Below, piece by piece: positions 13,790-26,081 of a stretch of 64,000 nucleotides of DNA (positions are counted from its first letter, which is position 1; each line of letters starts with the position of its first letter). Source of the stretch: Octopus vulgaris (taxonomy: Eukaryota). A program made the position numbers and the translations under genes. The stretch lies in the NCBI GenBank assembly GCA_951406725.2, contig OX597829.1:28024001-28088000 (forward strand), read 5' to 3'. The notes beneath the pieces are model-generated. The model was not told the DNA's origin. It did not search any database and worked only from the letters and a program-made list of their open reading frames with translations.

Positions 13790-14170
13790 TAGTATTTTGT
13801 TCATTCGTGTACCCTCTTGGTCACAGTCAGATGCACAATGGCGGTCACACGCTGGACACATAGTGAAATGCTCTTCTGTGTCAGGTTTAGCTTTCATCGC
13901 TGTATCACCGCGCACTTTTCTACTTTGCTGACTCGTCTTTCATTTTCGTAGGCTTCTGTTCCCTTGGGAATTGTTTGCCTCCATTCAGACCTGTTCGTGA
14001 CCATGATTTCCCATTGTTCTTCATCAATGTCACATTTCTGGAGGGAGTTTTTCAGGGTGCCTCTATAGTGAAGCTTTGGCTGATCTCTTGGCCAATTGCG
14101 CTTTGTCAGTTCACTGTAGAACTGCTTTGGTAACCTGTTTTCCAGCATGCGCATGAGGCTTCCAGAGTAG
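13790..14170 (-). pseudogene. RTE LINE 3' remnant
   Basis: MRMLENRLPKQFYSEL...PKLHYRGTLKNSL...WE....NRSEWR, followed by a CPACDRHC finger remnant. Confidence 0.75.
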
Positions 14171-14199
14171 GAGCTGACGTCTGTAGGGGACTGAAATGT

Positions 14200-14800
14200 C
14201 GCTGTGGTAAGCCCCTCGATTCTACAGGTGTTCACGCTCTGTCTTGCCGCTTAAATGCTGGTTGTTTCCCTCGTCACGCTTGGCTAATTCTGGAGCCAGT
14301 GGGATTTTCCAGAAGTGATGGGAAGAGACCAAATGGTCTTACCCTCTGCTTCTGGGTAAAAGGTAGGTAGGTGTCTCAACTGGGACGTCACAGTCTGTGA
14401 CTCTTTTGCTCCCTCCCACATCCTGGATTCTGCTGTAAATGGGAGGGTCACTGCTTCCGTAGCCAAACGGAACAAAAGCCCGAAGTATTGGGACCTGGCA
14501 GTGAACCATCTCTTTCAGCCTGTGGTGGTGTCTAAGGCGTTTGGAGGGACTGGGCCTCTAACGGCGAAGTTCTTGTCATCGTTGGCAGCTTGCCTTACCG
14601 AGGTGTCAGGTGATGTCTGTGAGTGTGCTTGGCGGTTCCAACGCCTTAGCCTCGCCATCGCCCGTGGCAATGCTGCGAGCGTGCTGACTTGCTTCAGTAG
14701 GTTCCGTTGAACCTTGTGGTATGCGACCAATTGAAGGACTTAATGCTGCATTGTTGTTGTTTTTTTTTTCTCCCGCTTTTTTTTTTTTTTTGTAAAAAAA
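14200..14800 (+). pseudogene. CRE-clade non-LTR retrotransposon 3' end (restriction-like endonuclease)
   Basis: RPNG..LLLG..CLNWDVTVCDSFAPSH...KYWDL..NHLFQPV....FGGTGP....L...WRFQRLSLAIARGNAASVL, then a T/A-rich tail. Confidence 0.75.
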
Positions 14801-15398
14801 TTTTCTTCTCGTTTCTCTTTTGTAAAATATGTTCTCTTGTTCAGATTAATTTTTATTGTTAAATACTTGTCGGAGAAATTAGAAAGACGTCAGTTATTGT
14901 AATGAAATATGAAAAAAATCAAGTAAATGAACGCCCATCAGCGTTTTTTTCTTTTTCTTATACATATATAGTCAGACACATCGTACATTATCTATCTCTC
15001 TTCTCTCACAAACACACACACACACACACAGGTTTCTAAAAAGTGGACTGCATGTACATATGTATTGTTTTCGTTTTCTCGTGATTTGTTCCTGTTATTT
15101 TTCCTTGTTAGTTTGCTAACATAAGTACCCTTACAAGATATCTACTATCATTCACTACATCCTAGGAGAGGAAAAAAAAAGGTGAGGAATTTTCTGGTTG
15201 CTTGCTTCCGTATAAATAATTCTTTTGTTTAAGAATATATAATTTTTTTTTTTTTACAATTTTGCACACCCTCTCCAATTTTGCGCCGTTTTAATCGCTA
15301 GATATTTCTTATTACATCCGAGTGAGATAGTAGATATTTACTGTCATATCCAACACCACACACACACACATTTACGTACGCGCTGAGAAGAGAAAGTA

Positions 15399-15690
15399 TG
15401 GATCTTTTCGGTTTGAACGGCAGTTTTTTAAAATAATTTCCACGTAACTGAACACTTTTAAACTTCGTATACTGATAGAATGTGTTTATAAAACATCCTT
15501 TTCTCTTGGCTTTATTGAGAAAATTCTACAGTTTGTAAGATATTTGTTGTTTTTTTTCTTCAATTTCTGCAATTTCAACCAATCAATGACGTCTATTGAG
15601 GTAAAAAAAACATTCTGTGTCGTATGAATATGTCCCTCGTTTAAGAAACAGATTGGGTTTATTTACATTTGTGAAGAAAAAAAGATAACA
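15399..15690 (+). mobile_element. Truncated copy of the Merlin-like MITE at 44298-44712
   Basis: Starts GGATCTTTTCGGTTTGAACGGCAGTTTTT and is collinear with 44298-44580. Confidence 0.8.
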
Positions 15691-16958
15691 CTAAGTTAGT
15701 GTTAACATAACTAATATAATGAGCATTAAATACAACCATACTGATTACAATATACCAATTAAATGAGCAACAAATTTCCAATTCAATCATTTCGACAAGT
15801 ATTGGAGACAACTCTGCACATGCTCCGACCTTATTATATTCCCTTGCTGAAGCATAGACTTCGCCATACTTGCTAATGTAGTGATGAGAGAAGTTGATGT
15901 ACAAAACTGAGTAATATTCAAGTTTAAGACATCACTTCCACTTTTGTCAATCAATAGTTATGACAAAAGTCAAGATGGTGTCTTAAAAACTTATGTCTTC
16001 TAATAATCGTCAGCAGGTGTGAATGTAACCGTTTGTCTTTTACTTGTTTTCAATCATTGGATTTTGGCCATGCTGGAGCACTACTGCCTTGAAGGGTTTT
16101 GTTGATCAAATCATCTTCAGTACTTGTATTTAAGCCTGGCACTTTCAGTTTCCGTCTATGAAATCCACTCACAAAGCTTTGGCTGCATGGGGCTACCATA
16201 GAAGACACTTGTCCAAGGTATCATGCAGTGTGAGTGACTGAACACAAAACCATGTGATTGGAATGCAAACTTCTTAACCACACAGCCATGCCTATGCTTA
16301 TGCAACGACAATTTTAACAATAAGGTTTCTGTTGTTCAAGTGAACAAACAGGCTCACTTGTATCCTCTCTTCCAAAATGCAGCAAGCAACCTGTTCTACT
16401 CTGGCCCCATGTATCATACCTTGACCTCCCTCATCTCCTGCTATAAAGTCGGCGTTTGTAGTTTTGTAGGTTGCATGGCAACCTCATTAGCATTGGAAGC
16501 ATGAAATTATACTCTGTACATCCTGTAAAGTGGTTGGCATTAGGAAGGTGTAGAAACCAAGCGAAAGCAGACAATAGAGCACAATGTAGCCGGCAAGGAC
16601 CATGGATGTTAAATGATGATAATGGCCGAATATTCCATAGACATGACTAGTTTTGTCATCTTAACACAGAATCAGTATGACACAATGTATGACAATGGTG
16701 GCCTTTAAATTTTTAGTGTATATCATCTGATGGGTTTCCTTACAGTTTTCATCAAATCATTCTCAATGACAAAGCTTAGTTCAGTTCAAGGGTATGGGGA
16801 AAAGATGCTTGCCAAAAATGTCACACTTGTGGAATTGAACCTGAGGCCTTATGATTGCAAACTGAGCTTTTTAACCATCTGGGACATGCTTTATGTATTA
16901 TGCATGCAGGATTAATGTGATATGTGATATCATGTGAATGGCAAAAGACACTTGTTTG

Positions 16959-17022
<64 letters not shown>

Positions 17023-17536
17023 CTTTTGTGAAAAAGAAATTCAGGATTCAGCTTGTAGTTCATTTTATGATTTTTATGATTGTAATTCAAGATCAAAGTA
17101 TGAATGGAATGACAGGATATGTCATATATGTCATTAAAAACTAACAATTTTCATTAGTTGAAAAAGTTACATAATGAGGCCAGTTCAAACAAGAAAATGT
17201 TTTAGCTCCTGTTTAATGAAAGTTATATAATACAACATACATAAGTTTTTAAATTTTAGATTTTTTTTATCATCATCGTTCATCATCATTTAGCTGCCTT
17301 CCATGCTGGCATTGGTGGGACATCATTGTTATTATCACCATTTTACTTCTCAGAGTTCTCGATTTCACTTGCTCTAGCTAATTTTGTAAGAGCAGATAAT
17401 AACCTGTTGTCAAGGGTCTCATAGGGTCTCTTTCCATGATACTTAACACCCAAGTACCAATCTCAAAATTCTTGCTGCCCTCAATTAAGCAGATTTCTGA
17501 GCATGTTTTACCCTCATATCAATCCCAATTTCACCA

Positions 17537-17872
17537 AAGGTGAGCTGGCAGAATCATTAGTATACCAGGCAAATAATTAGCAGCATTCTATCTGTCTTTA
17601 TGTTCTGAGTTCCAATTATGCCTAGGAAGACTTTGCCTTTCGTCTTTTCGAGCAGTGGGATCGATGTAATTGACTTACCTGTTCCCCAGAAATTGTTGGC
17701 CTTGTGCAAAAGTATGAAACCATTTTTATTATTGTTGTTGTTATCCTGCTGAGGTTGACTTTGCCTTTTATCCCTTCATAGCTGATAAATTAAGTACCAG
17801 TCAAGACCTGGGGTTGATGTAATTGACTATTCTCCTTCCCCAAATTTCAAGCTTTGTGCCTATAGTAGAAAG
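17537..17872 (+). mobile_element. tRNA-derived SINE family 2 (with duplicated core)
   Basis: GGTGAGCTGGCAGAATCATTAG head, GTTCTGAGTTC B-box-like motif, GACTTTGCCTTT.ATCC..GATAAATTAAGTACCAG core; copies on - at 28180-28592, 34288-34480 and 53052-53268. Confidence 0.75.
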
Positions 17873-17913
17873 GATCATCATCATCATCATCATCATCATC
17901 AACATCATCATTA

Positions 17914-18462
17914 TTGAGTGAGAGAGCAGTGCATGCCATCAAAGTGACACTGGGGTAAAATATACCAAGCCCAGTATACCCATCATGACTACTCGTCTGA
18001 TAAGGGTACACCAGGCACATGCATCGCAACCATATGTGCGCGATATGGTGATTTCATATCAAGATAAACAGCACATGACCTTGCAGGTGGAACCCAGTTA
18101 GAATTTTATTCTGGCCGAGTAACCCATCCCATTCAAACGGTCCCTGAATAAAGGTGGTTTAAGGATGTTGAATGAAACACCCATGTTTCCAGAGGTGAAT
18201 TATTCAAACCCCAAAGAATCCCTCTCAACACATGGCTATGATGCTCCCCACTACTTCTGCTCATGATCAGAGAGGGACATGGTCAACTGGTTATGGTCAA
18301 ACAACTGACAAGTAAATCTGTGGTATTGAGCAGAATATTTGCTGTAGCCCATCTTTTATACCAAGACAAAACAATGTACATGATAACACTTCCAATCACT
18401 GTCTGGTACTGCATCAGGGCATAACCACGAGAGCCACTGTCTGGTAATGCATCAGGGCATTT
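17914..18462 (-). mobile_element. Unclassified interspersed element bounded by (AAT)/(GAT) tracts
   Basis: Non-microsatellite block between trinucleotide tracts with a short tandem duplication CACTGTCTGGTA.TGCATCAGGGCAT at one end. Confidence 0.4.
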
Positions 18463-19501
18463 ATTATTATCAGCATCATCATCATCATTGTCATTATTTT
18501 AAAAGGACTGACATTACTCCCCCCAAAGGTAAATAGACAATACAAAGTGTGTGATGCAATTGCAATATTGAAGTCACATCATGCTCTTTGTATTGTTTAT
18601 TATTATTATTATTATTAATAATAATAATTATAATAAATACTAACCAAATGTTTACTAGCCTGGCTAATCACAAGTAAAGCACCGGGGTTTATCAAATCAC
18701 AGTTTTAGCTGCAAGTGATATTATCCACATATTTTTTTGTTATTTAATTACTGGACATTGAGAAAATATTGAATAATTTATCCATCCACTAAAAGTCGAT
18801 TAAATAAATCATGTAGTCCCACATTAAAATTCATAAAACAAATTAATTGAATAATTTCAAACATTTTACTTTAAAAAATATCAATGCAACTAATTGATTT
18901 TTCTGTTCTTTTCACAAACTATTATCATAAATTGAACACACAAACTTCCTCTAGGCAGACACATAATAAAACTTTGATATCTCTTTCTCTCTCTCTTCCC
19001 TATTTTTATCTTTTATGCAACACAGACATGTGTGTGTGTGTGTGCATGTATGTCTGTGTGCATGTGTGTGTGTGTGTGTGTGTGTGTGCATGTATGTGTG
19101 TGTGCATCATCATCATTGTCATTTGACATCCGTTTTCCCTGCTGGCATGGGTTGGATGGTTTGAGTAGAGCTGGCAAACCAGAGGACTGCAGCAAGCTTC
19201 AGTGTCTGCTTTTGTATGGTTTTTACTGCTGGATGTCCTTCCTAACACCAACTACCTTACAGAGTGGACTGAGTTCATTTCATGTGGCACACGCACACAC
19301 ACACACACAAACACATGTATATGTATATATTCATACACACTTATATGTATATGTAAGTATGTATTCTATGTAGACACATATATCTTTGATTGTACCCCTC
19401 TGAAGATGGGCTTTTGTGCTTGAAATATATAAAGGTTTCACAATTTTCATCTCTGCATTGTTAGCGCCTTTCCTCATTTCTCTTTTTGTTTATTATTCTA
19501 C

Positions 19502-19544
<43 letters not shown>

Positions 19545-19547
<3 letters not shown>

Positions 19548-19848
19548 GAGGCACAATGGCCCAGTGGTTAGGGCAGTGGACTCGCGGTTGTAGGATCACA
19601 GTTTTGATTCCTAGACCGGGTGTTGTGAGTGTTTATTGAGCGAAAACACCCAAAGCTCCATGAGGCTCCGGCAAGGGGTGGTGGCAATCCCTGCTGTACT
19701 CTTTCGCCACAACTTTCTCCCACTCTTTCTTCTGTTGGCCTGCTCGCTTACCCAGCGGGGTGGCATAATTTGGAGGCTAAAACAATGTGAAGCGCATTGT
19801 GACCAGCGATGTGTAGCAACATCTGATAGCCTGGTCGGTCATGGTGAT
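19545..19848 (+). mobile_element. tRNA-derived SINE family 3, alternative tail
   Basis: A-box TGGCCCAGTGG and a B-box-like TTTTGATTCC; head shared with 25221-25608 and 49431-49620, 3' part different. Confidence 0.8.
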
Positions 19849-19974
19849 TTATATATATAAGTATATGCGTAAGTATATGCGTGTATATGTACATGTAGAG
19901 GTAGGTACGTACATATATGTTTATATATATGCATATGTTTTATTTTATTTATTAATATATATATATATATATGT

Positions 19975-22190
19975 ATAGTTAACCAGGTGATACACAAAGG
20001 AGTCATTCCCAATGACTGGTGTAGCAGCATAATAGTCAGCTGCTACAAAGGTAAAGGTGACACCCTAGATACAAATAACTACAGGGGTATCAAGCTGCTG
20101 GATCAGGTAATGAAGGTTACGGAGAGGGTTATAGCCCAACTAATTAGAGAGAGAGTTAGCCTAGATCAGATGCAGTTTGGGTTCGTGCCAGGGAAAAGTA
20201 CTACTGATGCTATTTTCATGGTAAGACAGCTGCAGGAGAAATACCTAGCCAAAGACAAGCCCCTATACCTGGCTTTTGTTGATATGGAGAAAGCCTTCGA
20301 CAGGGTCCCCCGATCCCTCATCTGGTGGTCAATGAGGAAACTAGGGATAGATGAATGGTTAGTGAAAGCTGTACGAGCCATGTACAGAGACGCTGCTAGT
20401 AAGGTGAGGGTTGGCATCGAGTACAGTGAAGAATTCAGGGTAGAGGTTGGGGTCTACCAAGGTTCAGTCCTCAGTCCCCTCCTATTTATCATAGTCCTCC
20501 AGGCAATAACGGAGGAATTCAAGACAGGATGCCCCTGGGAGCTCCTCTATGCTGATGACCTTGCTCTAATTGCTGACTCTCTATCAGAACTAGAGGAGAA
20601 GTTTCAGGTATGGAAGCAAGGTTTAGAATTGAAGGGCCATAGAATCAACCTAGCCAAAACCAAAGTCCTAATAAGTAGGAAGGTAGACCAATCACAAACG
20701 CCTTCAGGTAGATGGCCCTGCTCGATCTGTAGAAAAGGTGTAGGTAGAAACTCTATAAGATGCACCAAGTGTAAGCTATGGACACATAAGAGGTGCAGCA
20801 ATGTCAAAGGAAGGCTAACTAGGAAGATGGTTTTTGTATGTGGCAGATGCTCAGGAACAATAAACACTGAAAATGCTCTGAGACCAACTTCCGTCACTTT
20901 CCAGGGAGAAAAACTAGAAGTAGTTGATAGTTTCCGTTACCTAGGTGACCAAGTCAGTAGCGGGGGTGGGTGTGCTGAAAGTATAACTGCTAGAGTAAGA
21001 ATAGCCTGGGCAAAGTTTAGAGAGCTCTTACCCCTGCTGGTGACAAAAGGCCTCTTGCAGACTGTATGATGCATGTGTACGTACAGCCATGCTACATGGT
21101 AGTGAATCTTGGGCTGTGACTGCTGAGGATTTGCGTAAGCTCGCAAGAAATGAAGCTAGTATGCTCCGATGGATGTGTAACATCAGTGTTCATAATCGAC
21201 AGAGTGTAAGTACCTTGAGAGAAAAGTTGAACCTAAGAAGCATCAGTTGTTGTGTGCAAGAGAGACGTTTGTGCTGGTATGGTCATGTGATGAGAATGGC
21301 TGAAGATAGTTGTGTACGAAAGTGCCACACCCTGGCAGTTGAGGGGACCTGTGGAAGAGGTAGACCCAGGAAAACCTGGGTCGAGGTGGTGAAGCACGAC
21401 CTTCGAACTTTAGGTCTCACCAAGGAAATGACCAGTGACTGAGACCTTTGGAAGTATGCTGTGCGTGAGAAAACCCGGCAAGACCAGTGAGAACAGTCAA
21501 AATCAAAATCAAACCAAATATCAGAAAGCAGAACCAAATTGAGGTCGATCAACATCAGGGCCCCCGTGCAGGTGACACGTAAAAGCACCATCCGTTTGTG
21601 GCCGTTTGCCAGCCCTGTCTGGCCCCCGTGTCGGTGGCACGTAAAAGCACCATCCGTTCATGTTCGTTGCCAGCCTGGCCTGGCCCCCGTGCCGGTGACA
21701 CGTAAAAGCACCATCCGTTCGTGGCCGTTTGCCAGCTCTGTCTGGCCCCCATGCCGGTGACACGTAAAAGCACCATCCGTTCTTGGCCGTTTGCCAGCTC
21801 TGTCTGGCCCCCGTGCCGGTGACACGTAAAAGCACCATCCGTTCGTGGCTGTTTGCCAGCCCTGTCTGGCCCCCGTGTCGGTGGCATGTAAAAGCACCAT
21901 CCGTTCGTGTCCGTTGCCAGCCTCGCCTGGCCCCCGTGCCGGTGACATGTAAAAGCACCATCCGTTTGTGGCCGTTTGCCAGCTCTGTCTGGCACCTATG
22001 CGGGTGGCACGTAAAAAGCACCCACTACACTCACGGAGTGGTTGGCGTTAGGAAGGGCATCCAGCCGTAGAAACACTGCCAGATCTGACTGGGCCTGATG
22101 AAGCCTTCCAGCTTCACAGACCCCAGTTGAACCGTCCAACCCATGCTAGCATGGAGAACAGACGCTAAATGATGATGATGATGATGATGA
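19975..22190 (+). mobile_element. 5'-truncated RTE-clade LINE (RT, PHD-like insert, repeat-containing 3' UTR, (GAT)n tail)
   Basis: ORF 19987-21069: NNYRGIKLL, QFGFVPGKSTTDAIF, AFVDMEKAFD, GVYQGSVLSPLLF, LLYADD, FRYLG. A frameshift near 21055 continues as RLYDACVRTAMLHGSESWA..GRGRPRKTW. Confidence 0.95.
21559..22025 (+). repeat. Tandem array of seven 61-62 bp units plus a partial unit in the RTE 3' UTR
   Basis: Unit GGCCCCCGTGCCGGTGACACGTAAAAGCACCATCCGTTCGTGGCCGTTTGCCAGCTCTGTCT starting at 21559, 21621, 21682, 21744, 21806, 21868 and 21929. Confidence 0.95.
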
Positions 22191-22206
22191 TATATATATA
22201 TACATA

Positions 22207-22438
22207 CAGGGTGAGTCAAAAGTAGTGCCCAACTCCTGTTTTAGGATTGATATATATATGACTTACCAATTTGGGAATACTTTTGTCTTCTTGTTTTACA
22301 GGTTGGCATATCAAAGAGTATTAACAACATGATATGTGATCCAGATTTAATCAATTTCAAACTGTCAGTAATAACCTGCAAAACAACAAACAAAGGCATG
22401 ACTTTTCAGAAACTGGGCACTACTTTTGACTCACTCTG
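22207..22438. mobile_element. Tc1/mariner-type MITE
   Basis: TIRs CAGGGTGAGTCAAAAGTAGTGCCCA / TGGGCACTACTTTTGACTCACTCTG with TA on both sides. Confidence 0.85.
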
Positions 22439-22817
22439 TATACATATGAGGAGTAGATAGACAACCAACTGATGAAGGGGCCTTTTTCTGTGTTTTCTTG
22501 TCCTGTTTTCCATTTTTTCTCTTTGTTTATGTATTTAACTCGTTTGTTTACATATTTCATGTTATTTGCACTATTAGTGACATCCTCTGCTCATATATGC
22601 ATGTATGTATACATATATATATATACCTGAGTAAACACATAAATGTGAAACAAGGTGGAAAAAAAAGAGTACTCAAATACCAGTGGTAGAGTAATATGCT
22701 TTATTTAAAGCAGCAGAAAATTCAACAAAAAAAAATCAACAAAAAAAATTCAACAAAAAAAATTTTTTTTAGAATTCAACAAAAAAAATGTTGAATTTTC
22801 TGCTGCTTTAAATAAAG

Positions 22818-22864
<47 letters not shown>

Positions 22865-22906
22865 ATATTATATATATTATTTATTATTTATCATATATAT
22901 ATATAT

Positions 22907-23430
22907 ATGATCAAATCTAACTTTACTTGTGCCTCTGAAAACATAATTTATGTCATAAAATGCTCGGGCTGCCACCAAGACTACGTGGGATCCACGGGAC
23001 TATCACTCAGACGTAGATGCACACTGCATCGACAACAGATTGCATTCCCAGAATACAGAATGATACCTTTTAGTGAGCACATTTAGAAATGCGCAAAGCA
23101 ACTACTACCACAATTTTTAATCTTCCCATTTTACCAATGTGCTATCGGATCATCAACACAAATTAGACTAAACAAGGAAACATTCTTCATTGAAAAGTAC
23201 AAGCCCAGACTTAACCATTCCAACATACTGATACAGAGAAATTCACACCAAGGGAAGGGCAATAAAATTTTAAGCGATTATCTCCCTTTCACCGGAAGAA
23301 ATCACTCATTACCTCCCCTTATTTAGAACTCTTTTCAACATAAACATAATGATAACTCTACTCAACATAAACATAACGACGTAAGAAATTTGAAAAGCTA
23401 AACGCGAAACCAGTCTTTCTTCTAAATTAT
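22907..23430 (+). pseudogene. Penelope-like GIY-YIG endonuclease remnant with 3' region
   Basis: FTCASENIIYVIKCSGCHQDYVGSTGLSLRRRCTLHRQQI...SEHI*..FPFYQ...RLNKETFFIEKYKPRLN; a possible heavily decayed HHR at 23384-23420. Confidence 0.85.
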
Positions 23431-23530
23431 GCCATTGTAAGAAAAAAATTTATAATATTCTTCAGACATATTGACTCAAATATATATTTTTTAAACAAGC
23501 CTTCTGTAGTTTTTTCACTTTTTACTATTT

Positions 23531-23576
<46 letters not shown>

Positions 23577-23577
<1 letters not shown>

Positions 23578-26033
23578 TGTATATTTCCACATATAAGACG
23601 ATCTTTAAATACTAAAATTTACCCTAAGAATTTGGGGGTCGTCTTATACCACCATTCTAAAAACCAAACTTTGAATTTTAAATGATTTTATAAGTAAGCT
23701 AATCTCAACCTCAGTGCAGTAACCACAGACATATGTGAACAGATTAACAAAATAAGAAAAAATTATTATATAGCTATTAAAAACATTTTTACTTTATATA
23801 TCACTGGCATATCTTTATTATAAATACCCTATTCAAGAGATTATTCTCTATCATTGAAATCGACTTTTATCTATGCGAACTCGGCTGAGAAAATGTAAAC
23901 ATCGAGTCATGGTTGCACTCACAGTAACCTTTATCTTTCGCTAATCTTTCAAAAATTTTAATGGTGATGTATAACTGCAGTAATAACATTTAAAATAACA
24001 TACTTATATCTTTTATAAAATATCTTTTATCATTTGGTGGTAAATTACACAATTTGGATTACACACAGCCTTTATTTTTCAATAGAATTATTTTACAGTA
24101 GTTGCAATTAAAAGATGAGATATAATTTTTTTAAATTTCCTATCAAGATAAATAATATTAATAAAATATCAAACCTGCCACATGTATTTATCTAAAACCC
24201 ATCAAATTCCTCACAATAATCACTATCTGTTTCTAAAAGTTTCTTATAAGTATCACAAGATTCATTACATGTGCCATCATCATAAGGATTCCAGTCTGGT
24301 TCTGGTGAATCAATTTCAACTTCATCGTCACTATTGTACAGAATATTATCTTCGGTACCATCCATGGCATTAGAGATACCGTATTTTTTAAATGATTTTA
24401 TCAAATTTTCTACTTAAACTTTGTCCCATGCCTTTATAATAAAATCACAGAGAACATCAAGTGAGGCAGCACGCACAGCTCCACCATTTGTAAAAGATTT
24501 TTCTTCATTCATCATCCAGATATTCCATTGCTCTTTCACATTATCTTTAAATGGCTTGTTTAAACTGACATCAAATGGCTGCAGTATAGAGGTCAATCCA
24601 TCAGGAACAACAGAAAAATCAGTATTGGTTTTGGATAACTGAATTTTAGTATTTGCTATTATGTGGCTATGAAACATATCCCAAACCAATAAACTGCATT
24701 CGTTTATCCTCAATCCATAATTTCACACTACTCTCGTCCATTCACCCATTCTTGTGAAAATGAGCAAAAGTGCCAGGAGGAAAATCTATTTTGGGTTTTG
24801 TTATACATTTAAAAATAACCGTCAGCCATGCAGTATAATACCACCATATATCTCGTTTTCTCATATCGTGTGCCTTCAACATGTACTGTTTTTACTCCTT
24901 TCAAATCTACCCGTCTTGTTACCCAACATGTCAAAATTTAATGGAGTTTCCATATTTCCAATATGAGACAATGGAAACTGATGCCTTTTTCTCAGCTGGA
25001 TGATGAACTGGTGAAAACTAGTTACTTTGTGATCGAGATCTCTCAGGAGATTTTGAGCAATTGTTATTTTCTCCCTTCTTACCAGATTGTTCGAATTCTT
25101 GGCTACAGCTATAACTTTCAGTTTTCTTCTTTTTGCTGTGGTTGCATATCAGTATGGGTATAAAATAATTATAAATTTCACTTGACTAGACAGCGATTTT
25201 ATATGAAGTATAGGTAAATGTGGAGGCGCAATGGCCTAGTGGTTAGGGCAGCGGACTCGCGGTCATAGGATCGCGGTTTCGATTCCCAGACCGGGCGTTG
25301 TGAGTGTTTATTGAGCGAAAACACCTAAAAGCTCCACGAGGCTCCGGCAGGGGGTGGTGGTGATCCCAGCTGTACTCTTTCACCACAACTTTCTCTCACT
25401 CTTACTTCCTGTTTCTGTTGTACCTGTATTTCAAGGGGCCGGCCTTGTCACTCTCTGTGTCACGCTGAATATCCCTGAGAACTACGTTAAGGGTGCACGT
25501 GTCTGTGGAGTGCTCAGCCACTTACACGTTAATTTCACGAGCAGGCTGTTCCGTTGATTCGGATCAACCGGAACCCTCATCGTTGTAACCGACGGAGTGC
25601 TTCCATCCATAGGTAAATGGTTATTAATATATCAGGCTGACTGTAACTGTTTAGAAAATTTCAGTCATATGAACCACCATTAGTGCATTGATGTTAGCAG
25701 TTGTTATGATAACGATAAAGTTTTGATAAAGAAGAAGAATCAGGTTCCCTTTTAGGTGATGTGTATATGAAAAAACATGATATAGAAACAGATTTGTTAT
25801 TTTGTTTATTTTAATTTGGAATGATATAGTAAATAAAAAACATTTGTAATAACATCATCTTAACATGAGCAATATTTCTAAAGATACCTGTTGTTGCAAA
25901 AGCTAGCTTGTACACAAATGGTTTTGTAATTTAGCAGTCATCTTATACTACAGATATGAGATAAATTCATGAAATCTTTTACAAACTTTGACCTTGTCTT
26001 ATCTAAAGGTCGTCTTATACACAGAGATATATG

Positions 26034-26035
<2 letters not shown>
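23577..26035 (-). mobile_element. Decayed pogo/Tigger-type DNA transposon
   Basis: Imperfect TIRs (CTGTATATTTCCACATATAAGACGATCTTTA / TAAAGGTCGTCTTATACACAGAGATATATGG) in TA context. Transposase remnants: IGNMETPLNFDM, LLVWDMFHSH, VPDGLTSILQPFDVSLNKPFK, IIKAWDKV, IKSFKKYGISNAMDGTED. Confidence 0.85.
25221..25608 (+). mobile_element. tRNA-derived SINE family 3, full length with TSD
   Basis: A-box TGGCCTAGTGG, B-box GTTTCGATTCC; 11-bp TSD ATAGGTAAATG at 25210-25220 and 25609-25619; inserted in the pogo element. Confidence 0.9.

Positions 26036-26081
<46 letters not shown>

Noticed and set aside
19395-19437. Hammerhead CTGAAGA..GAAATATATA
   Set aside because: Core plausible but stems I and II pair poorly; at most a decayed copy.
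21559-22025. CRISPR-like regular array
   Set aside because: No unique spacers; it is a tandem repeat in a LINE 3' UTR of a eukaryote.
25221-25300. Functional tRNA gene
   Set aside because: A/B boxes are present but continue into a SINE body with a TSD; no proper acceptor stem. The same holds for the other tRNA-like heads.
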